DNA of 64,000 nucleotides from NCBI GenBank assembly GCA_030704615.1, contig CM060732.1, positions 41,106,001 to 41,170,000 of the forward strand, given 5' to 3'. Source of the stretch: Takakia lepidozioides. Taxonomy: Eukaryota > Plantae > Bryophyta. Of the stretch, positions 13,049-24,349 are shown in pieces. The notes under the pieces were generated by a model that was not told the DNA's origin, did no database searches, and worked only from the letters and a program-made list of their open reading frames with translations. Numbering within the stretch: position 1 is the stretch's first letter; each line of letters starts with the position of its first letter. The translations under genes and the position numbers were made by a program.

Positions 13049-13328
13049 CAGAGTTTTTTTTTCTTAAATTCGGAAAATAGCACGAGTGGCTATAGAGTTT
13101 TGCAAAGATTATATTCTGTTCATCCACTCAAAGTAGGACAGAATCATCCAAATCCGTACTTTCATCCATTCAGATCATCCATATTTGGCGAATTCATCCA
13201 TTATTATTTTTGCTTTTGGAGAAATTTGGCGATTTCATCCATGAAAAAACATGGAATTTGCTACGGAATATTCTTTTCTATTTTTTGAGGTCGCCATTTG
13301 GCGAAAATTCGCCAAAAACAAAACGCTG
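13049..13328. mobile_element. hAT-like MITE
   Basis: Ends CAGAGTTTTTTTT / AAAACAAAACGCTG (imperfect TIR); internal TCATCCA and TTTGGCGA repeats; no clean TSD. Confidence 0.45.
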
Positions 13329-13744
13329 TTAATATGGTTACTGATTAATAAAAATAAGAAAACACTGTATAACACAATATAACTGACTTTCATCTTGTAT
13401 GGAAGTGACTTTGATTGAAGTCTGTGAGGATTTTAGTGTGACATGTTGGCAAATCGATATCTGATTCTTCCCTCCACATCTTTGTATGTTTCATGGCTTT
13501 TGATGCTCACAGAGCATGTGTAGCTTTTCTAGTTTAGTGGCGGATGGGTTGTTATAACCGCTGGTCCTTGAGCAACTCTTGGAATCTTACTTCTTCGCTG
13601 TCAGTACAGAGATCGGAATATTTCGAAGAAAGCGCAACCCACCATTCTGTTGATCAGCCTCAAAATAATAGCAAGGCATATCAATACAATTGAAGCAAAC
13701 CCACCTTAAGAATCCATCTTGAGACTTCATTCTTTCAGGGGTGA

Positions 13745-13924
13745 AGCTACATAAAGCCTACAACATTGTCCTCCAGGACGACAGCTACGTAAAGCCTGCA
13801 GCATTGTCCTGCAGGACGAAAGCCACCTAAAGCCTGCAACATGTTCCTCCATAACGATAGCTACCTAAAGCCTGCAGTATTGTCCTCCAGAACAATAGCT
13901 ACCTAAAGCCTGCAGCATTGTCCT
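13745..13924. repeat. 38-bp minisatellite, ~4.7 copies
   Basis: Unit AGCTACCTAAAGCCTGCAGCATTGTCCTCCAGGACGAC starts at 13745, 13783, 13821, 13859 and 13897. Confidence 0.9.
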
Positions 13925-15709
13925 GGTTCCTTCTCCCAATGTCAAATCATCGCAGTAATGATCAGACTTGGGGGTGAGACTTGCAAAATACTTGGCGAAG
14001 ATGGTGGCTAGTTAGATCAGTCTTCACACACAACGAATGTATCTTGTGGCTAATTAGCTTAAATGAACTATTTAGCTTGGTGTCACTTACCAGTGCTAAG
14101 TTGTAAATGTTTCAATCCCTTCACACCAATTCATAGTGAAAAGAATAATTTGATTCCTGGGCATGTGTCATGCTGAGTAGATCACTAGTTTAATGCCTGA
14201 CTTCAGATAGAAGCCGGTATGGCCCACCTACATGGAACTATGAAAAATTTAAATCCGCAGCAAACTTGAGCTCTCGACTTATCCGGTAGGCTGATCATCC
14301 ATAGCTTGTTTCAATTCATTCCTTAGTAGATCATCACTTCACCATGTCAGCCAAAACATTTCATAAGTCCACGTGGATCCTTTGGCACTAGAGTCTTCTG
14401 TACTCATCTTCGCACACCACTTGGTGTAGCAGGACTAAAAGAGCCATGCAGTAATGTTCATTGTTGCCAGCCATGGTCTGGTTGTCACTTATCTTTTGTA
14501 CCTCTGCTTTCCTTAATTCAGATGAGATGACACTCAAAAACGCAAGTACGGTTGACGAGAGACCAAAATTATGGCGGGAAAAACTGCATTCCACCCATTA
14601 ACAGCAGGTTGGGGATGGGACTTCTGACCATGAAAAGAGTGTTGATATGAGGTTGATATCTCACACACATAAACTGTCAAGACCCATGTGGGCAGGCTAA
14701 CTCACATACACATCCTCTCCGTATGGCACCCAACAAACAATGGGATTTCAAGCCACATCCCCAACAGGACAACACATATAATCTAAAAACATGGATTGGT
14801 TGGATTGTTAGGCTTCCTAGGCTTCCGGACAATGACATTGACCCAAATTTAATTGGCACCACACAAATCTTTCAATCTGTAATTGAAAACTGAAGGTGTG
14901 ATCTGACCTAAATATCACAAGAGAAATTTATGGGTCTTTGGTATAACATTGCATCATGACTGTTTTTGCTTTGAAAAGTATGATAGAAGTGATGCCAAAG
15001 AGGATGATATCTACCATTTGTTGCTCAATCAAAAGCTCCCAGTTGTGTCCCTTGGGATCTGTGGAACCATATATTTATGGACATGCTTTTGAGCCAAATA
15101 TGTACAGTCTGATATAATTGAAATGCATATGCACCACACAACTGCACACATATCTTTATTTATTTATTTATTTCAAATTTAATAATATGGCCCTTTAAGT
15201 CCATTCGTGGGTTCCCCTTGGGGTTTCACAATAAGCCCCTTTATTAAAGTAATGCTTCCATAACAAAAGAAACTTCGAGCATTGGTGACACAAGGAATGT
15301 CTTGGCAGGAATATGGTCCAGATGTGTGTAAGCAAAAGAGTTTAATTCTTCCCAATTTCTACAGTCAAAATATGTTTCGAAGGAAAATCTTTTAAAACAA
15401 GTGCAAACAGGACCATTTTGCAACTCTCTTCTTGTGTTTGATTCTCAACCATGCGAAGGAAAACTAAGTCTACAAACATGGATGTGTGGTTTTTCTCTTG
15501 TGGGGATTGGGAAGAGAACACCAAGATTAGAAACCAGCAGGTATAGTGTCTCTTCCCTCCTTCTCCCTCTTTTAGCAGATTATAAACAAGTCTAGTATCT
15601 ATCCCTCTTTATCCCTCTCCAACCCATAACTTCATAACTACAAGGATGTGCTGTCTCCTCAATTTTGGAATCAAGGGAACAACCACCAAACTAAGAGGGA
15701 TTAGGAGGG

Positions 15710-18700
15710 TCACCTACCCCACCCAAATATATTGAGGTCCAGCCCATTGGACCCAGACACCACCCCATTTCCATGGTTTAAATCAAGAGTATCCCCCTCC
15801 ACCTTCACACGAGTGACCAAAATTGGGCCTGATGTGTGGAAACCAGCCATGTCACTGTGGTAGGTTTCTTGTTGGGATGATGCAAAAGGAGACCCATCAC
15901 CATTCCTTGAATTTTCTGTAATTGATTGGATTGCAACCTGATGAGATGTCAGCCGTTCTAAGGCACAACCTGATTCCATGACAAAGGCTTGGGATGAACT
16001 ACCATCATTGAATCTTCCCTGCATGTTACCTTGAGCAAAAGATTTGTCACCACCTCCATCTACAAAAATCCCACCACTCAATGAGAATGAGACTTGGATT
16101 GGTAAGTCCTCATGCTGTGAGGGAGGACTTTCCATTCCCCTAACTAATTTTAAGGGCAATGTCAGCCTTTACTAAGCTATGATTACTTGAGCCGTACCAT
16201 GGCGGACACTTGGTATTCAACCATCATTATCATGTGAAAAAGTATGAGCACTAAAAAGTATTGTCTAAAAAATTGGTGTCTGGTGCTGGCCATTACCTGA
16301 CGCACCCCTTGTAGGATTCATTGAGAGGCTTGTGAGATAGCTCTTATGTGAGGAGCAATCAGACATATGGGATTCCTGAGGTGGCAAATGCTGGAGACTT
16401 GCTCCACTTGAGTCGCCTCCTTGTTGTGATATCTCAAGAGGGGTAAATGCAGAAACACCTGGCGCTAGGAAAGGACCAAGTTCTCCATTGGCTACCCCAC
16501 TATCAGTAAGGTTCATTGAGAGGCTTGTCAGATAGCTCCTTTGCGAGGAGCAATCTGACATCTGGGATTCCTGATATGGTAAATGCTGTTGAGTTGTCAT
16601 TGGCGTTGAGTTACCCCCATGGTTTGATATATCAAGAGGGGTAAATGCAGATACACTGAGATCTGGGAAAGGGCCAAGTTCTGCATTGGCTTTTGCCAGT
16701 TTTGTGATCTCTGCATGTGCTGCTTCGAATTCTGGAGATGCTATAGAAACGCTTGTCAGTGTATCCTTGGCTTTCTCCAAAATTTGCTGTAAGTACTTGC
16801 CTTGGGCCTCAATTCGTGTTTGCAACTGTTGCTGAATCTGCATACATAGCCCCAGTGGACTTAGTGGTTTGAGAGGTGGTATTGAATTAGGCCACTTTTG
16901 CAACTCACATGTTAAGCAAATCAAGCCCATCCCATAGACTACTGCTCCTATTACAAAGGGTGTGGATGCATGTATTGGCTCACGCCACTCCCCGCGTTTC
17001 ATTTGTTTGAGGGCAACTATCAACTGACTATGAAAAGAAGCTCTACAATTCCCACATGGGAGGAATGGAGGATACCTCGAGTTGAGCTTGTAGCGTTTTT
17101 TGGCATTCGATTTGCATCTCAACAGCCTTCTTTACATCCAAGCTGTTGTGAACGAAGCAAAGCCCCATGTCAAGTGTAGACCACATATGACAATCACCCC
17201 CCAACTATAATAGATGTTTTAGGCAGTTAAAAATGCATGGCCCTATTAGAACGTCCAATCTACAGAATAATGTGCCATGTTATTACAAAGAAAACTCAGC
17301 TCTGTAGAGTTCAACCTGTGTCTTCCTTTCTAAAAAACTTGAGCAGGTCATAATCAGGATTGCTACTCCTTACTTTGCCGGGTTTTGTGTCATTACGACC
17401 GCTCCTTCAGATTCAGATCCGATAGTGTTTGTCCCTTGTGCTTCTTGTTGACCTGACACACACAACCGAGATACATGTACTGATTGATTTGATACACAAC
17501 GTAGTTTTAGATGAACAAAATACCTGCCACCCTTCAGAAACTAGTGTGATCAGTTTCTCTTTCATGATTGGTTTATGAGGTTAATGAAAAACCCATAACA
17601 CTCACAAAGCTTAGAATTAGTTTAACTAGTTCCTCAGAACAACCTTACAGCAGCGACAGTTAGAAAAACCAATCGGATCTCCTTGAATAACCTCCAACAC
17701 CTACAACCCTAAAAAAGGAACAGTAAAAGAGGGAAATAAAGCACCACATCTAGTGACTCGAAGCTAAAAAAGCCTAGGATACTCGCAACCCTAAGGAGTT
17801 CGAGAGATGATGCATTCATATCAGGCGAGAAAGAGGGATGCTCACTCCATTCCCACATTGGCTAAGACATAAACTTGACGCAATAGGGTATGCATTCACA
17901 AAAGCAAGTTGTTGACATTCCACCCACTGATACCCAGAATTGTGGATCTGGTGAAAAGAACATACCACGGGGGGCTTCATGCACATGGACATCCTTCTGA
18001 AGCTGCTTTCCAAGCCTATACTTCTGCAAGCCCAAATACAGTGTGTGCGAATAGTGGAATTATTGCGGTGAAATGTCTAGCTTCATGTAATAACTACTTA
18101 CCATGACGTGGATAGTAAATAAAGACTAGTATAACTTAACTTAGTATTTACACTACTGCAACATATGTCAAAGCACAAAGAATCATTCTGGAATAAATTC
18201 AAATGCACAATCGCTCTCTTTATTGCATTGCAATCACAAAATTTGAGTAGAGTATAACTAAGTAGTAAAAGCAAGAGCATTACCTGGAGGTGGCTTTTTA
18301 GGTGGTAGAGAGTGAGGCCCTTCACACCCATGACCTTCAGCACTGTCTTTGGTGTTGCCTCTGCAAGATTTAAAAATGACAAAGGCTTTAGCAAGTGTGC
18401 AAGTGCTACACAAACAAACAGTGGGGCCTTGTTTACCACATTGCATATTGCTGAACAGTTATGAGCTCTAAGGTAGAAATGTTAGACAGTGAAAGTGCAT
18501 ATACTATGACCACATTGCTATTCTGTCACACCTAGAATTTCCCCTGCACTTTTTAGGGCTGGGAATTGCTCCTGTGATTTCACCTGATGCTTAACCCATC
18601 CAGTGCAGAGTGCTCTAGGACAGAGCCTAAGAGAGGTCATTCTAAGAGCCTCCAACCTGCACTGGGTCCAAAAACTTCAAATAGACAAAATGGAATACAA

Positions 18701-18975
18701 ATATAGGGGATAAAAGAAGGGACTAAAGAGAACTCACTCTCAGAGCCTCCAAGCTGCTCCACTGCTTCTACAAACCGTGTATGAAGCTCTGAAGTCCACC
18801 GCAACCGGGGCTTTGGATCAGTTGGGTGTGCATTTACTGCTGCTATTCCGCAAGGACTCGATCCTCCCCCATCACCAGAGTCGCTGGTACTGAAAAGGGA
18901 TGGTCTCTCTTGATTTGAGGTTTGCCCTCGGTGAGCTAGCAGGGCCGGACTCGTGTACTCCTCCATTTGGTACAT
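15710..18975 (-). CDS. PHL: MYB-CC (GARP/G2-like, PHR1-like, APL/MYR-type) transcription factor
   Basis: [57 protein letters not shown] Myb domain; coiled coil QKTLQAQLE-IQQQLQTRIEAQGKYLQ; C-terminal LDLN motifs. Exons 18975-18738, 18360-18284, 18023-17966, 17452-17374, 17142-17076, then 16837-16265 (stop) or 16837-16297 + 16143-15710. Confidence 0.9.
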
Positions 18976-20874
18976 TGTGTCTTTCACGGACCCTGCAAAC
19001 CTTCCTGTCTTGCGCTAGGGTGCAGGGACTAGAATTCACCTGCTCATTGGAGTTCGGGAAATGGTTTGAAATTTTCGAAGAGTGACTGGAAATGTACAGA
19101 GGGACTAAGGGCTGACTATGGCAGACAGAGACAGTGTGGTCACGAAAACATTGCCATGGTCGATCGGACAACCGACAGACAACTTGAAACCAACTTGTAT
19201 TGGAAATTAGATTCAACCTATAGAGGGCCGATACTCGAAAAACGGATTCGGTCCCCCTGATTAGGAGCAAATTCCAAATGCACCGCCACGAAGAATAACG
19301 CAAAGATTCCCTTACAAGTCGCTCAAAACGAGATCAATATCAGCACATGAATCATCAGGCTGAAGCATACTGCAAGCGATTCTCTTTGTATCAGCACAAA
19401 TCGGCAGACCACGCACTGAGCGAATTCACGAAACTCTCACCACCACGAAGAAACGTTGAAGATTCTCGTTTAAGCCCCACGAAACCCACAAACTACGAAA
19501 CGAAACAACATCGACACCCACAAACTATGAAACGAAACAACATCGGCACATCAAACCGCTTCCATCGCATGAATACAAATTCACGAAAGAATCCACGAAG
19601 AATATGAAGAAGATTCTCGTTTTGGCCGAACACTAACAAGCACCATGAGACCAAATAGCAGCATACGCAATTCACGAGCTCTCTAACAAGCTCCAGCAAA
19701 ACACACGCAGAACGAAACAGGCTGAAATACCAGCACAGCCTGCAGGATTGATCATCAGCGGAGTACACAGCAGCACCAGAGCAACGAAGAACTCACTCCA
19801 CTCCACTCCTCTCGAGAAACGAAACTACGAAGAAATCGAACCCAACAGATATCTTCAGCCCACCACAGAAACCATCACCACCCCCAAACAGAGAGGAAGG
19901 AGCGCATCACAGAAACCATGAAAGCATAGAGTTTGGAGGTGTGAAGACGGTCTTAATAAGCAAGCAAGGACGTGCTCATGACAGCGACACGAGCGAACCT
20001 GGAGAGCCGAGCCGAGCTCCAAATCGTGGACGAAGAAGGCAGCGACGATGCGATGGACCGTCGGAATCTATTCCTATTCCTTCTCTCTCTCCCTTTGTTC
20101 TTTGCATATTCTTAGATGCTCTATTTTGAGACTGCCGGTCAATGATGCCTTCAAGTGGCCCCCTCAATGAAATAACGTGGATGGGAGAGTCTGTGCATCC
20201 ATTGTTCGGGTCGCTACAATACGGAAGGATAATCGTAGATGAATTGGAATTGTTCATCAGGCTCCATAGCCTGGGGTGTTCCGCAAAGGGAGGGATATTG
20301 AATTGGCAGCAAATAATAATAGCTTTCAAAAATTATATATATATATGAGAACCAAGATCCGCTAAATATGGTCGCAAAAATTAGTGATGGGTGGTTGTTG
20401 TTGTAAAAGACGAATGCGATCGGAGTGGTATCGTCTTCCTGCCCTAAAAGTGTTGGTGGTTATCTTAAAAGTATAAAGATTCAATAAAAACAAAATTAAC
20501 ATTTGTACATAATAGGGTCTGTCACCCGCGCACCCCGCCTAGAGTCACCGGAGCACCGCCTAGTGTTATCATACTTGTTCCGCATGATGTTGAAAAAATA
20601 GTATTTGTTGAGAAGATAATTTGACACCGAATCTTGCTATAGGGCCCATGATACTGACTCTACAACTCTACATCTAAAATAAGCGATGCCGACCAAAGCC
20701 AGCGGACATAATCAGAGCCTCCTCCCGTGCGAAAGTGTATAATAATGAATATGGATGTGATCTTGGTCCCCTCGGACAGCTATGGATGCGTCTACGCAAC
20801 GGAGACTGTTTCGGAATCTGAAGAGAAATGCAATGGATACTGTTCTTGATGCAAAACAAAATAAACCTCTTCAC

Positions 20875-20950
20875 AGACCAGTTGATAGCTCAGTTGGATA
20901 TGCCGTCCGGGGGATGCTGAGTTCAAATCTTGCTACGTAGTTGTGTGTAT
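20875..20950 (+). mobile_element. tRNA-derived SINE head (fragment)
   Basis: Box A TAGCTCAGTTGG and box B GAGTTCAAATC, without a tRNA cloverleaf. Confidence 0.5.
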
Positions 20951-21637
20951 TTTGGTATTTTCTCCCCCTTCTCCCTTGGTTAAGCCAGTCGATGTGCAGT
21001 AAAAGAAAACCACACTCCACACAGCAGACGCAATGCAATTTTAAGTAAAGGGACAAAATCCAAACTTAAATATGTGCGAAACCCTCTCTTTGTTCTTTGA
21101 CAGTGGATGTCTTTCTTCTTAAATACAAATAAAACAATCAATTAGTAAAAAAATTCTCATCAATTAGCCAAAACAATCATTGATTTTTTGTTAAGAAACA
21201 ACGAACTTAAGAGAGGACGGAGGCCCTTAAAACATTGATTAAGTGTGGTGACCAATGAAAATTATCCAGATATTACTGGATGAAATCTTGGTGAGCTATG
21301 TATGAAAATTAGTCCTGATGGAACATTGGATGAAAACAAGTACATTCATATCTTTCTTTAATCGATGAATTTCAGTCCTGATCGGATGCAACTACAACAT
21401 TCATTCACAGAAGAAAAATTGGGACACCGGATTTAAATAGGCACAACACAACAAACCAAGACTCAGTTGGTCTTTCTCAATCTTTTATGTAAAAATAAAA
21501 TAAAAATAAAAGTGGGGGGAGACAATGTCTTTCTCAACCATCAGATTCATGCTGCCAACAACACAACAAGAGTTCACTTTCAATGTTTGTTTGCACAGAA
21601 CCCTAAAACTTTGTTGCTTTCGTCACAAACAGAAAGC

Positions 21638-21890
21638 TACCAGTCAGTAGCTCAGTTGGATAGTGCGCCACCAAGTGCCACCCAGATGATTCTGGGGTCA
21701 AATCCTACTACCTTGATGTGTGTGGTATGTTCTTCTTCCCCACCCTCCAAGGGGGTTGGTATCCTGTGAACAGAGTGTGAGCATGCTCAACTCCCGTGAG
21801 CACAACCCACGGTCACGGGGGTTGTATGTTTTTAAACCGTGGTCATAGGAGTTACATGTTTTGAGGCATGTGCATTTATAGGGTAGCACC
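21638..21890 (+). mobile_element. tRNA-derived SINE (family 1)
   Basis: ACCAGTCAGTAGCTCAGTTGGATAGTGC...GGGTCAAATCC head shared with 29520-29708 (-) and 48927-49120; 3' limit approximate. Confidence 0.6.
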
Positions 21891-21954
21891 AAAACGATAA
21901 ACTATTTGATCTATCTTTCAATTTCACGTTGAAAAATTAAAATTAAAGTAGTAG

Positions 21955-22080
21955 TTGATGTGGTTGTGGGTTCAAACCACGGTCTAGTGTGTCATGAAGG
22001 TGTCCACCTTTCAGCTGGAAGGCCGTAGCCCTTGTGGTGAAGAGACACCATAAGTTACGCTCCCTTGGGGAGGCGTCATG
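21955..22080 (+). mobile_element. SINE family 2, 5'-truncated
   Basis: Homologous to 22801-22982 (-) and 53097-53260; box B GGGTTCAAACC. Confidence 0.75.
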
Positions 22081-22800
22081 TAGAAACACCTAAAATGGAT
22101 CATATGAAATGTGCGCAGTTTCAGGTGTGCAGTGTCGTCGTATATATTTTTCTGATGTGGGCACATATAAATGAAATTTAATTAATTTAAAAAAAACCGA
22201 ATTATTTTGTAATATTGGTGAATATTCAATGTGAAATCATGGAATAACCTTGAATGGACCAGTAGGGGGTACTATTTTGAACAGCAAGTGCACTTTGTCT
22301 GGAGCCAAAGGTGCCCAAAAAGTGTGCATCCTCTTTCACTTTACTGATTAAACAACATAGTAACATGGACCATGGCACTCAACTAACATAACCATTTATT
22401 GGCCTTAAAGTAACCTCCCACCTTAAAGAAAACTGGGCTCCATGTCCATTTGGATTAAACTCAATCCTGGATCGTTGATCTAGGTGAAGCTCAATCGGGA
22501 TCGTTGATCACGGAATGTGATCCCCTCTCCTACATGTTAGGATTCGTTCATCATGTCTCGACTTGATACTGCTCTCAAAGTGCGCGCCGGTGGTTATTAA
22601 CTTGTCCATTAAGTGGTGTCATCATGATCATGTATGAGTTAAAAGGGTTCACTGGAGTTCCATTGTGGCCCACCACATGACCTAATTTGGACCACTTCTG
22701 ATCAAAGCACCTTTTATTTTAAAGATGACATATGGTTAGTTTTATGTATTTTTCTAGTCGTTTTGGGTACCGCTCCATTTTAGGTGTTTCTACCTTACTT

Positions 22801-22982
22801 TATATATATATATATATGACGCCTCCCGAAGAAAGCGTAACTTATGGAGTCACTTCACCCTAAAGGGCTACGCCTTCCGCTAGGAAGGTGGACACCTTCA
22901 TGACACACCAGACCGTGGTTTGAACCCACAACCACATCCAACGTGGTATGTGCCCATTACCACTGGGCTACATGCTGGTTGT
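22801..22982 (-). mobile_element. SINE family 2, full length with (TA)n tail
   Basis: Box A TAGCCCAGTGG, box B GGTTCAAACC, structured 3' half, (AT)n tail; direct repeat CTACCTTACTTT on both sides. Confidence 0.85.
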
Positions 22983-23000
22983 CTACCTTACTTTACTTTA

Positions 23001-23240
23001 AGTAGTAATTTCGGGAGTGAGAGTATTAATTTTACATTCAGAAATTAAAATCAAGTAGTAGTTTCGGGAGTGAGAGTATTAATTTTGCATTCAGAAATTA
23101 AAATCAAGTAGTAGTTTCGGGGGTGAGAGTTTTAATTTCGCATTGCGAAATTAAAATTAAGTGGTAGTTTCGGGAGTGAGAGTTTTAATTTCGCATTGAG
23201 AAATTGAAATTAAGTGGTAGTTTCGGGAGTGAGAGTTTCG
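23001..23240. repeat. 53-bp tandem repeat, ~4.5 copies
   Basis: Unit AGTAGTAGTTTCGGGAGTGAGAGTATTAATTTTGCATTCAGAAATTAAAATCA at 23001, 23054, 23107, 23160 and 23213. Confidence 0.92.
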
Positions 23241-23540
23241 TCTCGATAAATTATCCATGGGACGTGACAACCTTTAGAGTCTCTTGGAGTCTCAGCACCC
23301 TTTTCTCAAGTCTACCATGGAAAAGGCCTAATGAGCATAGCGTGAGGGAATCCCACGCCTATAGGGTAACATGTTTATCATATATAGGGGTTACTTGTTT
23401 CTTAAGTGTTGCTGTGCTGGCCTATGTGAGCAGTTAAAAATAGTTTCGCAAATTTTTTAGTTTCTCAATTTTTGTTTCGCTGAAGATTATTCGGAAGGCA
23501 TCTTAGGAATATGCAGTATATTCACTTGTGCTCACTTGCA

Positions 23541-23650
23541 ACCCAACCTCCCCTCAAAAGGGGCAGTAGCCACAAGGTGAAGTGGCTCTTAGTTAGCAGG
23601 GCTACGGCCATTGTCCTCTTTCTCTCTTTCTCTCTCTTATTCTCCCTCTT
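23541..23650 (+). mobile_element. degenerate copy of the 5422-5516 retroposon end
   Basis: GGGCAGTAGCCACAAGGTGAAGTGGCTCTTAGTTA...GGCTACGGCC followed by a CT-rich tail. Confidence 0.7.
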
Positions 23651-23889
23651 CCCTTTTGGTTGTGTCCCACGTGGACGCCTGTATGGCGAGGTTACTGTGA
23701 AAGAGGTTATTTTCTCCTCTCACTATTGAGGCTTTTTTTTTTTTCGATTCTATATAGGCATGGACGTGGCTACAAAATGTATAAGATAAGTGCAAAGGTG
23801 GCAACTATTAGAATGTCCACCTAGATCCCACCTGGCTACAAGTTTGCTGATCTACTATACAATCTGGCAATTTTCTTACAAAATTCGTT

Positions 23890-24291
23890 TTGCCTCCAAA
23901 TGAAGTACTTTTGTTTTTACAAAAAAATTATAAGCCAATGGTGGATGTGTGTATGTAATGCTCACACACCACAAGGTGAAGCGTTTTTTCCAAAATTGCT
24001 AATTTTCTGCCAAAAATGGCCTTTGGAGTGCAATCTGTTTTGGGCTTGTTTACCTGCCACGTCAGCGGTCAACAAGCCCTTTTCAAGCCCCAAAACGTAA
24101 ATGAGAGATCTAAGATATTTTTTGTAGGTCGTAGCTTTTGTTTTTTCTTAATTTTGTTTTTTCATCATACTCGAGACAAATCCCTTGTCATTACAGCTTC
24201 AGGAGTGGGCCCCATCAAATTAGATCTGCAAAAACTAGGTCAAACTGCAAATTCAAAGTGACCCGATTCAGGTCGCTTGGGAACTTAAGGG
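23890..24291. mobile_element. right part of piggyBac-like MITE
   Basis: About 400 bp closely matching 61360-61763; ends GCTTGGGAACTTAAGGG|TTAA. Confidence 0.7.
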
Positions 24292-24349
24292 TTAATATCA
24301 ATGTTTTAGTGGCTAGTATCCATGATGCCAGTGTCTCAAAGGTTTTATC

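Noticed and set aside
16170-16267. In-frame stops repaired by U-to-C RNA editing
   Set aside because: Every stop codon begins with T, so the pattern is uninformative. Reverse editing is organellar, not nuclear.
20104-20111. P1BS (GCATATTC) upstream of the PHL gene suggesting autoregulation
   Set aside because: A single site with 6 fixed bases is expected by chance every few kb.
20875-21720. tRNA genes
   Set aside because: Box A/B present but no acceptor stem or cloverleaf; dispersed divergent copies indicate SINE heads.
13745-23240. 38-bp and 53-bp repeats as CRISPR arrays
   Set aside because: Head-to-tail units with no unique spacers, no cas genes, eukaryotic context.
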